A DNA stretch of 64,000 nucleotides from Nitrospinaceae bacterium UBA7883 (GTDB taxonomy: Bacteria > Nitrospinota_A > UBA7883). The translations under genes were made by a program, and so were the position numbers. Location of the stretch: contig DLRR01000012.1 of NCBI GenBank assembly GCA_002500605.1, positions 137,265-201,264 of the forward strand, written 5' to 3'. Shown here in pieces: positions 20,805 through 30,021 of this stretch (positions are counted from its first letter, which is position 1; each line of letters begins with the position of its first letter). The notes under the pieces are model-generated. The model ran no database searches. It was not told the DNA's origin and saw only the letters and a program-made list of their open reading frames with translations.

Positions 20805-22100
20805 CTACAACTTGGACTTGTTGAGTCTAATGCTCACCGCCTTAGCATGAGCAGTCAGCCCTTCTTCAGCCGCAACGGTAATTGCCGGTTTGGACAGTCT
20901 TTCTAATCCTTCGCGGTTGCATTTAATAAGGCTAGTGCGTTTCATAAAATCGTAAACTCCTAATGGTGAAGAAAATCTCGCCGAGCCACCTGTCGGGAGT
21001 ACATGGTTTGGCCCAGCACAGTAGTCACCTATGGCCTCTGGTGTCCATTGCCCAACGAACACCGCTCCAGCATTTCTAATTCGCTTTACATGTCTATCAG
21101 CGTTTAGTATTGATAGTTCAAAATGCTCTGGTGCAAACCTATTCGAGACATCGAATGCTTCTTTAAGATTATTTACTACAAAGCAGAAGCAATTTTTTTT
21201 CAGGCATTTCCTGATAATTTCTTTTCTGGGCAGCACCTTAATTTGGGCCTTAAGCTCTTTAGCAACCTCCATAGCCAGTGCTTCATTCGTTGTTACCAGT
21301 ATTGGATAAGCGTTTTCATCATGCTCGGCCTGAGAAAGAAGATCTGCAGCTATAAAGGCTGGGTTAGCAGTTCTATCGGCAAGTATGAGTATTTCACTAG
21401 GACCAGCTATCATATCTATATCTACAAAACCAAATACTTGGCGCTTAGCCTCAGCTACAAACACATTTCCAGGACCTACGATTTTGTCCACAGGGTTAAT
21501 CGACTTGGTTCCAAAAGCCAAGGCCGCGATAGCTTGTGCCCCCCCCATCCTATATATCTCGTCTACACCAGCAATTTTTGCGGCAGCTAAGGTGTGCGGA
21601 TTACATAGGCCTTTCGGTGCTGGAGTTACCATTACAATCCGCTTCACACCAGCGATTTTTGCTGGGATTGCATTCATCAGTACAGAGCTAGGGTAGGAGG
21701 CCTTGCCACCAGGTACATATAGGCCTGCAGACAAAAGTGGCCTAATAATCTGGCCTAAAGTTGTACCTTTGTCGTAATAAGACCATGATGATTCTTTCTG
21801 TTTCCTATGGAAAGCACGGATTCTTTCAGCAGACTTTTCTAAAGCCAATATAACTTTGCGATCCGAGTCTTTGAAACTTTTATTTAGCTCAAGCTTCGCA
21901 ACTCTAATGGATTGAAAACTATCGTCTATTCCATCATACTTTTTGTTATAAGCTGAGATGGCCTTGTCTCCTCTTTTTCTAACATTTAATATTATCTTGG
22001 CGACTATTTCTGATACGTCCACAGGACCGCATTTCATCCTCCCATCGAGTCGTTTCATAATCTTTTCAAGCTCAGCTCCTTTTGCCCTTACTATCTTCAT
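20805..22100 (-). CDS. hisD: Histidinol dehydrogenase
   Basis: GLYVPGG, YPSSVLM, GGAQAIAALAFG, KIVGPGN, IDMIAGPSE, QAEHD, APEH, GPNHVLPT. Confidence 0.97.
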   Translation of the reverse strand: MKIVRAKGAELEKIMKRLDGRMKCGPVDVSEIVAKIILNVRKRGDKAISAYNKKYDGIDDSFQSIRVAKLELNKSFKDSDRKVILALEKSAERIRAFHRKQKESSWSYYDKGTTLGQIIRPLLSAGLYVPGGKASYPSSVLMNAIPAKIAGVKRIVMVTPAPKGLCNPHTLAAAKIAGVDEIYRMGGAQAIAALAFGTKSINPVDKIVGPGNVFVAEAKRQVFGFVDIDMIAGPSEILILADRTANPAFIAADLLSQAEHDENAYPILVTTNEALAMEVAKELKAQIKVLPRKEIIRKCLKKNCFCFVVNNLKEAFDVSNRFAPEHFELSILNADRHVKRIRNAGAVFVGQWTPEAIGDYCAGPNHVLPTGGSARFSSPLGVYDFMKRTSLIKCNREGLERLSKPAITVAAEEGLTAHAKAVSIRLNKSKL

Positions 22101-24256
22101 CGCGCTTTCTCCACTTCAAGCCTGATTGTCAATCCTATGGGTTTACTTGGATTAAAGTTAATATCAAATAGTAGCGCTATGCAAGATCCTTGATAGGTAC
22201 GCTCTATGCCAAATTCTGATTGGGAAACCGTCTCTACCGGAAACCGCCAAGATGCAAAAGCCTTGTCTGCTCTAACCTTTACAATCATTCCGCTCCAATC
22301 GTCCCTCATCCCGACCATATCAACTTCTTTATCTTCAATTACTTCTTTGAGCCTCGGCCTACCTTTTACATTTCCTCCAATCCAGTACCTGTCAACAGCG
22401 TCTACTGCTAGCATGGTAAGGTTGAACTCGACAGCCAATCGATAAGATATGACTGTATTGCTTCTGTTCGTAATTTCATAGTTTGCCATTATGGAGCTAT
22501 CACCACCAATCAAAGAAAAAGTTTTTTTCATCGTTAATGGCAGTGGCACATTACCCATGTAAATATGCCCGTCTCTAGTCATTTCTGCTTCAACAGTAGC
22601 AACTCCAGATTTTTCATCTCTGTTTTTCTTTGTCTTTGTTAATATGAATTGATTTGAGATAAAGTCTCCATAGTCTCTGAAGGTCTGTTCATTGTAGTCT
22701 TTTATGTTCGTATTATGTGAAATGAATCTGTCTTGAAAGCAGTGTCTCTCCTTCTGATCATATATGATGAGGTCATCGCAATTACCATCTATTAACTTAA
22801 CGGCATCATGAATTGACACTGGTTGGTCTGCACTATTGCTATTATTATCTTTTCCAAGTTCAAAATGGTAAGCCTCTTTACGGCGCGAAAGTGTGTTCGT
22901 TAATGAAAACAAGTTTGGCCTGTAGTCGAAAATATTCATTGCTCCACCTTTTGATGGAGCAATCAGGGCAAAGGTTTTTTTATTTTCCAGTAAAACATCC
23001 TCTGACCCATCAGCATTGAAGTCAAGTTGAGAAATGTTAACCCAATCATCGCCATCGTAAATAACATCGTTAATTAGATTCTCTGTTTTAATGATATTGC
23101 TATATAATGCGTGTCTTAGATAATTCAGGTACAGACCCCCAAACATTCCGTGCCAATACGCGCAGTTACATTGCCCCTTATATAGTCCGTCTATAGCTTC
23201 ACTAAGCAAACTGTCTTTCAACTTTGTCTTAGTTCTTTTTAGCTTGCCTGAAACAAAAATCATTTTCTTGTGCATCCGGTTAGATTCTTCATATTTGGCT
23301 AAAAAATTATGCCAAATTCCACCATGTAAGAAAGGCTCCAACAAATCACGTTTGTTGATATCCTCCAATTCACTCAAAGCACTTTGAAAAGTTATAGAAG
23401 CCTCGGGGTTTAGGCTCCATTTCGACATTTCCTTATACGATGCAACTGGAAAATATAGTCTGCCTTTGGAGGGGAATTGGTCTAAAAATTCACAAAAGTG
23501 TGGCATTTTAATGCGATCGGAGTTTTCTTCTAAGGCGGTGTAAAAATTTTCCAGCCATCCTTTTTTAAATACCCATTCGCCAGTTTCAGGCCACATGCCA
23601 AACTTCTCCCCGTCGTCTCCGTATGTAACCCCAAGACATGATTCAAGGTTTGTGCTGGACAGCAAGTAATTAATAACTTCATCTGGCATGTGAAAAGGAA
23701 TGGAATATCGCAACTCTTTGTTGATAGGAAACACAGCCAATTTATGGCCATGTGTTTCCGTCATATAATAGCCATCAATAGCATCACCACTTAGACCTGC
23801 GTAATAGAAATGTGTATCATCAAGCAGGGTATAGCGCAAACCTGCTTGTGCTATTATTTTTGGCAAGCCTAGATCCCAGACACGTTCGGCTAGCCAGACA
23901 CCTTGCGGTTTATACCCAAATCTTTTCTTGATGTAATCGTTCATCATCACCACTTGGCCAATTGCATCTTCTTCTGGAATAACTGAAAGAATAGGCTCGT
24001 AAAACCCTCCAGAGAGAACTTCGATTTGTCCACTGTCTACCATAGGTGATATTAGGTTAAAATATTCTGGCTTGTTAACCTCTATCCATTCAAACAACGG
24101 GCCGCTATGGTGAATAGCCATTCGAACCGCTGGATGTCTTTTTAAAACCTCAATCTGAGGTAAATAACACTCATTAAAGGCCTTTTCGAACACACTATCA
24201 AAATTTCCTACAGGTTGATGGTTGTGTATAGCAAAAAGAAAATTTATTGGGCTCAT
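22097..24256 (-). CDS. GH57 4-alpha-glucanotransferase/alpha-amylase with C-terminal DUF1925/DUF1926-like domains
   Basis: HNHQPVGN, GGFYEPIL, WLAERVW (Glu nucleophile), GDDGEKFG (Asp acid/base), QCNCAYWHG, ETVSQSE...YQG. Confidence 0.92.
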   Translation of the reverse strand: MSPINFLFAIHNHQPVGNFDSVFEKAFNECYLPQIEVLKRHPAVRMAIHHSGPLFEWIEVNKPEYFNLISPMVDSGQIEVLSGGFYEPILSVIPEEDAIGQVVMMNDYIKKRFGYKPQGVWLAERVWDLGLPKIIAQAGLRYTLLDDTHFYYAGLSGDAIDGYYMTETHGHKLAVFPINKELRYSIPFHMPDEVINYLLSSTNLESCLGVTYGDDGEKFGMWPETGEWVFKKGWLENFYTALEENSDRIKMPHFCEFLDQFPSKGRLYFPVASYKEMSKWSLNPEASITFQSALSELEDINKRDLLEPFLHGGIWHNFLAKYEESNRMHKKMIFVSGKLKRTKTKLKDSLLSEAIDGLYKGQCNCAYWHGMFGGLYLNYLRHALYSNIIKTENLINDVIYDGDDWVNISQLDFNADGSEDVLLENKKTFALIAPSKGGAMNIFDYRPNLFSLTNTLSRRKEAYHFELGKDNNSNSADQPVSIHDAVKLIDGNCDDLIIYDQKERHCFQDRFISHNTNIKDYNEQTFRDYGDFISNQFILTKTKKNRDEKSGVATVEAEMTRDGHIYMGNVPLPLTMKKTFSLIGGDSSIMANYEITNRSNTVISYRLAVEFNLTMLAVDAVDRYWIGGNVKGRPRLKEVIEDKEVDMVGMRDDWSGMIVKVRADKAFASWRFPVETVSQSEFGIERTYQGSCIALLFDINFNPSKPIGLTIRLEVEKAR

Positions 24257-24405
24257 AATTTGTCGTTTAGTTGACGTGTTTATTAACTTGCAGCAACCTG
24301 GTTTTCTCTTTGATATTCGAATGTGTTGCTACGTAACAATGAATTAAGAAAATATAACAATCTAACGTTGTCTATCTTTTTTGGATATAACGCCTTGTTC
24401 CTACG

Positions 24406-24966
24406 CTAATCTACATCTTCACGGACGTTGACATTTTTAAATGAATCAAGGGATGGGTCTACATTTCTTAGCTCCACTTCACTGATATGTGACTTATCTA
24501 GTTTTTCACGGAATTCGTTGAACTGGATATCAACTCGGTCAATTCTATCTTTAAACCTGTTTATTGCTGACCTACGATAGATTGCAAGCATCCCCTGCTC
24601 AAGTCCATTGCATATAGGCACGATTGCGTCACCTGGAAGATGGGCCTTGCTAATAATAAATGCAACAACTTCTTCGTTAATTAACGGCATATCACATGCG
24701 GCAAGCATTAATTGATCAGCGCCTGTTTTCATAAACGCAGTATAAAGACCAGATAATGGACCCATGCCTTGTATAAGGTCTGGATAAACTTCAACCCCTA
24801 GGCTTTTGTAGCGATCAGGATGATTGGCTACAATAACAGTACGTTCAGATATAGGAACCACAACCGATAGGACCCTCTCAACCATATGCAAACCCCGGTA
24901 CTTTACAAATGACTTGTCCGTACCCATTCTTTTGCTCTCACCACCAGCCATGACAGCTATTATCAT
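24406..24966 (-). CDS. mobA: Molybdenum cofactor guanylyltransferase
   Basis: MAGGESKRMGTDK, GPLSGL, ACDMP, FKNVN; operon with moaD/moaE. Confidence 0.92.
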   Translation of the reverse strand: MIIAVMAGGESKRMGTDKSFVKYRGLHMVERVLSVVVPISERTVIVANHPDRYKSLGVEVYPDLIQGMGPLSGLYTAFMKTGADQLMLAACDMPLINEEVVAFIISKAHLPGDAIVPICNGLEQGMLAIYRRSAINRFKDRIDRVDIQFNEFREKLDKSHISEVELRNVDPSLDSFKNVNVREDVD

Positions 24967-24984
24967 TGTACTATTTTTAACATT

Positions 24985-25401
24985 TCAAGGATGATCCTCT
25001 ACCCAGTACTTGCCAGTGGTAGAGAATTCCTTCTTCCAAATAGGTATATTTTTTTTTAGTGTATTGATCATCCATTCACATGCCCTGAAAGCCACTCTCC
25101 TGTGCATACTTATTGCTATTATAAGGACAATGTTTTCGTTTACTGTGATTACTCCAGTACGGTGGATTATTAAACAGTCGAGAATATCAAACTTTTCCAT
25201 AGCTTTTGTTTCGAGCATCTCTAGTTGTTTTTCAGCCATACCTGGATAATGTTCAAAATCCAATTTCTCTATATCCTCGCCACGCGAAAAGTCCCGCACA
25301 ACACCAAGAAAAGATACCGCTGCACCGGTGCGTTGATTTTTTGAAGTCAGGGCACATATTTCCTTACCCACATCGAAATTTTCTCTTTGTAACCTTGGCA
25401 T
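24985..25401 (-). CDS. moaE: Molybdopterin synthase catalytic subunit
   Basis: GAAVSFLGVVR, EHYPGMAEK, HRTG, HRRVAF, PIWKKE. Confidence 0.95.
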   Translation of the reverse strand: MPRLQRENFDVGKEICALTSKNQRTGAAVSFLGVVRDFSRGEDIEKLDFEHYPGMAEKQLEMLETKAMEKFDILDCLIIHRTGVITVNENIVLIIAISMHRRVAFRACEWMINTLKKNIPIWKKEFSTTGKYWVEDHP

Positions 25402-25404
25402 CTT

Positions 25405-25653
25405 CTATCCTCCGGAAAGAGGTGGGAGGACTGCCACCTCGTCCCCATCTTTTAGTAAATAGTCACTCTTGACATGATTGTGGTTAACAGCGTAAAGCAA
25501 AGTATCGTTTATTAGAACTTCTCTCTTCACCTCATATTCATCGGCTATTCTCCCCATAAGAACACCTACAGTTTCACTGCCGCTTATATATGCTTCAATT
25601 TCAGACTTGCCGACCTTTTCTTTTATTGAGGCAAAAAACCTTACTCTAACCAT
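25405..25653 (-). CDS. moaD: Molybdopterin synthase sulfur carrier
   Basis: VRFFAS, AVN, DGDEVAVLPPLSGG with C-terminal GG. Confidence 0.95.
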   Translation of the reverse strand: MVRVRFFASIKEKVGKSEIEAYISGSETVGVLMGRIADEYEVKREVLINDTLLYAVNHNHVKSDYLLKDGDEVAVLPPLSGG

Positions 25654-25720
25654 ATACCTAAGTATTAGAATGTAAAAAGAATTAATAATATTATACCTAA
25701 AGCTGGGAGTATTGTTTCAT

Positions 25721-26248
25721 ATGTCATATCACTTACCCATCATTGCTTTTACTGGGAAATCTGGAAGCGGCAAAACAACACTAATAGTAAAGCTTATTTC
25801 CACATTGAGCAATTACCAGTTGAAGGTAGCCACCATAAAGCACTCACATCATAAAATAAAGTTGGATCATAAGGGAAAAGATTCGCATAGGTTTTTTGAA
25901 GCTGGGGCAAACCCCTCCATGGTCACTGGATCAAACATGTATGGGTATGTGCAACCTTGTGTTAACACTCCGAAGTTAGACGAACTTGTTAGGACAATAG
26001 ATAAAAAAGCTGATATCATAATAATAGAGGGGTTTAAAAATGAGCATGTAGACGGGATGTTCCGGTTTATCGTTACAGATCAGACTGCTGCCAAAAGAGA
26101 ATTAGTTGATGAAGCCGATGGTTTGATCGTGGCAACTATCACTGATATGGCCTGTGATAAACCTGTCTACCAACGAGACGATATTCAGGGCATTTCAAGC
26201 TGGATTTTGGATCGATTTTTCCCCCATAAAACTAAAAATTGTAATTAA
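25721..26248 (+). CDS. mobB: Molybdopterin-guanine dinucleotide biosynthesis protein B
   Basis: GKSGSGKTT, IKHSHH, GKDS, IEGFK; ATG 25721 preferred over TTG 25712. Confidence 0.92.
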   Translation: MSYHLPIIAFTGKSGSGKTTLIVKLISTLSNYQLKVATIKHSHHKIKLDHKGKDSHRFFEAGANPSMVTGSNMYGYVQPCVNTPKLDELVRTIDKKADIIIIEGFKNEHVDGMFRFIVTDQTAAKRELVDEADGLIVATITDMACDKPVYQRDDIQGISSWILDRFFPHKTKNCN

Positions 26249-26268
26249 ATGACAGAGGTCCCCTGTAA

Positions 26269-26436
26269 ATGTTTGGGATAACTGAGTGGGTTTTAGTTGC
26301 TTTAGTCCTAGTTCTCATACTAGGGGCTAGCAGGATACCAGCCATTGGAACAGGGGTTGGAAAAGCAATTCGCAACCTCATTGATGGATTAAAAGACGAG
26401 TCAAAACAAGAAAAACCCAAGAAAGATTCTAAATAA
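26269..26436 (+). CDS. tatA: Twin-arginine translocase TatA/TatE family subunit (55 aa, not in ORF track)
   Basis: Translated directly: MFGITEWVLVALVLVLILGASRIPAIGTGVGKAIRNLIDGLKDESKQEKPKKDSK; short TM, Gly hinge, amphipathic helix, charged tail; stop abuts moaC GTG. Confidence 0.85.
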   Translation: MFGITEWVLVALVLVLILGASRIPAIGTGVGKAIRNLIDGLKDESKQEKPKKDSK

Positions 26437-26913
26437 GTGAAATTAACTCATTTTGACGAAAAAGGCGCCACTCGAATGGTAGATGTGGGCAATAAAAAGA
26501 TAACTAGACGAGAGGCAACTGCTGGTGGAAGAATCACTATGGCGGCTAAGACTCTTGAGCTTATTCTAGAAAAGGGTGCAACAAAGGGCGAAGTTTTGGA
26601 AACAGCTAGACTGGCTGGAATCATGGCTGCCAAGAGAACTCATGAGCTAATACCCCTTTGCCATGCAATTACCATTGACAGCGTAACAATTAATTTCAAA
26701 CCTGACGTAGAAAATTCACTCATAGACATCACGGCAAAAGTAACAACCAACGGTAGAACAGGTGTTGAAATGGATGCATTGACCGCTGTTACCATTGCCG
26801 CGCTAACAATTTTTGATATGGTAAAAGCTGTAGATAAAGAAATGACAATAACTAAAATAAACGTAATCGAGAAAATCGGAGGTCAAAGCGGACACTATAT
26901 TCGTAAGGAATAA
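26437..26913 (+). CDS. moaC: Cyclic pyranopterin monophosphate synthase MoaC
   Basis: LTHFD, RMVDV, AGIMAAK, LIPLCH, TGVEMDALT, DMVKAVD, KIGGQSG. Confidence 0.96.
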   Translation: MKLTHFDEKGATRMVDVGNKKITRREATAGGRITMAAKTLELILEKGATKGEVLETARLAGIMAAKRTHELIPLCHAITIDSVTINFKPDVENSLIDITAKVTTNGRTGVEMDALTAVTIAALTIFDMVKAVDKEMTITKINVIEKIGGQSGHYIRKE

Positions 26914-27118
26914 CCCCGAAGCTAATAAGCATAGAACATTAATAAATAGGTGGTGTACCTTCTCCACTTACAAGACCAGATCATTTGTTAGCCCAATTCT
27001 ATTACAACTATTATTAATTATTAATGTTATTCCGCTCCAATCATGTGTAGCCTTTAACTCTCAACTTGCCGCTCCAGTTGATCTGACTGTATCAAAAAAT
27101 AATGGTTTTGATCCATCA

Positions 27119-27697
27119 ATGGTTAGAATGGCCTCCGTCCTAGAGTTCGTTGAATATCGTCCAAAAAATGAACAAGTACAGACCATTACCGACCCATTAA
27201 CGAAAATTCGAATTAAAGCTGGAAACGTAGCCACAGGGTCAGGATTAGCTATTGCTAACCTGTTTAAAGCCGCGCTTGAGAAACATGGCATTGTTGTTGA
27301 TCACAACAACTACTCGACAGAAGGTCTTAGCGTAAAAAATATTATCGACAAGAATAGCTACTTTTCTAAAACAGGATTTGCAGACGATGAAAATTTGGTA
27401 GCAGATATTTTAGTCATTGGTACTGTTGCACGCTACGAGGAACGAATTGGATCTAAGATTGCAGTTGATAGACCAGCTTCAGTCGGATTTTCTATCGCTG
27501 TTGTCGATGTAAAAACCCGAATAGTTATCTGGGCTGGAAAGTATGAAAAAAAACAAATTGCTTTATTTGATAACTTATTGGACTACTCCACATTTTTAAA
27601 AGGTGGAATGGTTTGGACAACTGCTAACGAACTATCAGCAATTGGCGTAGAAAAAGCAATCAGCGAAATGGGGTTTGAGAGTTTAGCAAGGAACTGA
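27119..27697 (+). CDS. Hypothetical lipoprotein (CsgG/LpoB-like alpha-beta fold suspected); true N-terminus probably extends upstream
   Basis: ADILVIGTVARYEER...PASVGFS...VIW pattern; frame open from 26867 and encodes a hydrophobic stretch plus LQSC lipobox (Cys at 27044). Confidence 0.7.
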   Translation: MVRMASVLEFVEYRPKNEQVQTITDPLTKIRIKAGNVATGSGLAIANLFKAALEKHGIVVDHNNYSTEGLSVKNIIDKNSYFSKTGFADDENLVADILVIGTVARYEERIGSKIAVDRPASVGFSIAVVDVKTRIVIWAGKYEKKQIALFDNLLDYSTFLKGGMVWTTANELSAIGVEKAISEMGFESLARN

Positions 27698-27753
27698 TTT
27701 CTGCAAGTGTTCACTTCTTATTTTACACTAGGCAAGTTGCTCTATCTGGTTGG

Positions 27754-28245
27754 TTAAAGAACGGAATAGGTAAGCCATAATCCAAAAGTCACTAGACAAA
27801 ACAAGACTAACCTTACTGCAATCTTACCACCACTAGGTGCAGGTTTAGAAATTGGATCATCTGTTTTATTTTGAGTTTTAGCCTCATGCTCACTGGATAA
27901 ACTTCTTTCTCTATCGGTCATATCACAAAAACCATGGAAAGAGGATTTATCTTCAGTTACCAGTGCTGGCGTTCGAATATTACCATCTAGGGAGCTGTTT
28001 TTATGTAGCAATATTTTTTCAGAAGCCTCGACGTCTCCCATTACCATTCCGTAATTGAATAAATATCCAGTTTTTACGTTTGCCTTGACTTTGCCGGACA
28101 TACCTACAATTAAGGTGCTATCAGTTTCAAGTTCACCTTCAAATTCACCATCTAACCGAATTACCCCTCCGTGGCTCAGTTTGCCCTTAAGGATAGTTCC
28201 ATGACCAATATAAGAATTAAATTTATCCTTTTGCATAGACGACAC
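27754..28245 (-). CDS. Bactofilin (polymer-forming cytoskeletal protein) with C-terminal TM helix
   Basis: SYIGHGTILKGKL, IRLDGEFEG, G.V.GDV, LDGNIRT beta-helix repeats; hydrophobic C-terminus. Confidence 0.87.
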   Translation of the reverse strand: MSSMQKDKFNSYIGHGTILKGKLSHGGVIRLDGEFEGELETDSTLIVGMSGKVKANVKTGYLFNYGMVMGDVEASEKILLHKNSSLDGNIRTPALVTEDKSSFHGFCDMTDRERSLSSEHEAKTQNKTDDPISKPAPSGGKIAVRLVLFCLVTFGLWLTYSVL

Positions 28246-28285
28246 CTTTTAGACCGTTAAAATATACCTATAATTCATTGCCTTT

Positions 28286-29047
28286 TTAGGCCTTAGCAAG
28301 GTCCAACATAAACTCAGAACGCATGCTGTATTGTACATGCATTTCAATTAGTTTGTTAACACATTTCCTCAAATCGGACAAAACTTTTCCTCCTGCGACA
28401 AGTTTGCTTGCCTTGTCCATAGGTGTTGACAAGGCTCGCTCCATTAGCCTAACCGTACCAGGGGAAACCAAAAAAGATACTGGGTCTGATTTATTGCATG
28501 AGTTGCAAACCACTCCTCCTCGCTCTGCATTGAAACCGAGCCTACCAGTTTCCAACCCGCCCGTGCAACTCACACAGCTATGAAGGTTTGGCTTATACCC
28601 CATGCATGAAATATATTTAAGTTCAAATATTCTAAGAAGTGTTTCAAGCTTATTTCTATCAGTTTCAGCAGAAATAGCAATTAAAGCGTCAAGTAACAGC
28701 TGATAGGCTTCTCTGTTCTCATCGCATTCTTTCTGCACAGTATTAACCAACTCAACTGCCACGAACGCATGGGACAAGGCATCAAAGCTTTCTCTAATCG
28801 GTAGAAACGAGTTTACTATATCGCAGGAATTAAGTCTGAGCAGGTTCATCCTTTCTTTGCCAAATGCTATCATGTTGCAGTGTACAAAAAGTTCCAATCG
28901 ACCTAGGTATCGGCCCTTTGGTTTTATTGCTCCTTTAGCAATAGCTTTGATTTTTCCATAGCGACTAGTAAAAAAGGTCACGATTCGGTCAGCTTCATTT
29001 AATTTAAAGCTCTTAAGAATTATGGCATGTGACTCGTATATTGGCAT
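28286..29047 (-). CDS. recO: DNA repair protein RecO
   Basis: EADRIVTFFT..GKIKAIAKGA, FELK, zinc finger CVSC...GGVVCNSC; follows era. Confidence 0.94.
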   Translation of the reverse strand: MPIYESHAIILKSFKLNEADRIVTFFTSRYGKIKAIAKGAIKPKGRYLGRLELFVHCNMIAFGKERMNLLRLNSCDIVNSFLPIRESFDALSHAFVAVELVNTVQKECDENREAYQLLLDALIAISAETDRNKLETLLRIFELKYISCMGYKPNLHSCVSCTGGLETGRLGFNAERGGVVCNSCNKSDPVSFLVSPGTVRLMERALSTPMDKASKLVAGGKVLSDLRKCVNKLIEMHVQYSMRSEFMLDLAKA

Positions 29048-29062
29048 AGGGGGCAAACTTAA

Positions 29063-29950
29063 TTATTTGGAGCCGTAACCAAATTTTTCAATCATTCGAT
29101 GATCTTGGCTCCATTTCTGCTGCACCTTTACGCGAAGCTCTAAATATATCTTGTTATTGAGCCTAAGCTCTAGGTCCTTCCTGGCTGCTTGACCAATTTT
29201 TTTCACCATTGACCCTCCTTTACCAACAACTATTCCTTTTTGTGACTGGCGTTCTACGATGATATCAGCATAAATTATTAGCATTCCATTTTTGCCTTCT
29301 TCTAGGTGGTCCACCATAACTGCTGTGGAATACGGCAGCTCTTGCTGTAACAACAAAAAAGCTTTTTCACGAATTATCTCTCCAATAACAAACTGCTCCG
29401 GCTGGTCAGTTACCATTTGATCTGGGTAGAATTTAGGTCCTTCGGGTAATAGTGTTGTAACTTCATCTAGCATCGTATGTACGTTTTCTCCAGTCTTAGC
29501 ACTGATTGGGATTATCTGTTTAAACCCGCCCAAACGTGAAAAGTGATCTATGGCTTTGAGCAGAACTGGCCTCTTTACGAGATCTATCTTGTTAATTACT
29601 AGGATCTTATTACAATCGGCCAACCTAAGTTTTCTTAATGCATAGCCATAAAAGTCAAAGTCCTGATTGCTTGCATCTGTTATAAATAAAGTGAGATCAG
29701 TGTCCAAGCATGCCCTTACAGACACCTCTGTCATAACTTTTTCTATACCAGCTTTGTAATTGGTTACCCCTGGTGTGTCAATCAATACTATCTGTCGTTC
29801 AGGTGTAGTATGAATTCCAACAATCCTGTTCCTAGTGGTTTGAGGGTGATGAGATGTTATCGCTATTTTTGATCCAACTAGCCGGTTGATTAAAGTAGAC
29901 TTCCCCACATTTGGACAGCCAGCCAATGTTACAAAACCAGATTTAGCCAT
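29063..29950 (-). CDS. era: GTPase Era
   Basis: GCPNVGKST, PQTTR, DTPG, NKID, IREK...QELPY, SQKGIVVGKGG KH domain. Confidence 0.96.
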   Translation of the reverse strand: MAKSGFVTLAGCPNVGKSTLINRLVGSKIAITSHHPQTTRNRIVGIHTTPERQIVLIDTPGVTNYKAGIEKVMTEVSVRACLDTDLTLFITDASNQDFDFYGYALRKLRLADCNKILVINKIDLVKRPVLLKAIDHFSRLGGFKQIIPISAKTGENVHTMLDEVTTLLPEGPKFYPDQMVTDQPEQFVIGEIIREKAFLLLQQELPYSTAVMVDHLEEGKNGMLIIYADIIVERQSQKGIVVGKGGSMVKKIGQAARKDLELRLNNKIYLELRVKVQQKWSQDHRMIEKFGYGSK

Positions 29951-30021
29951 TTTATTAGTTACCCATTGCATGTAAGCCGAACTGATAATTACCCGAAGGT
30001 ATGAATATATATAGAATTAGC

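Noticed and set aside
26232-26420. 62-aa minus-strand ORF
   Set aside because: Antisense shadow of the tatA-like gene
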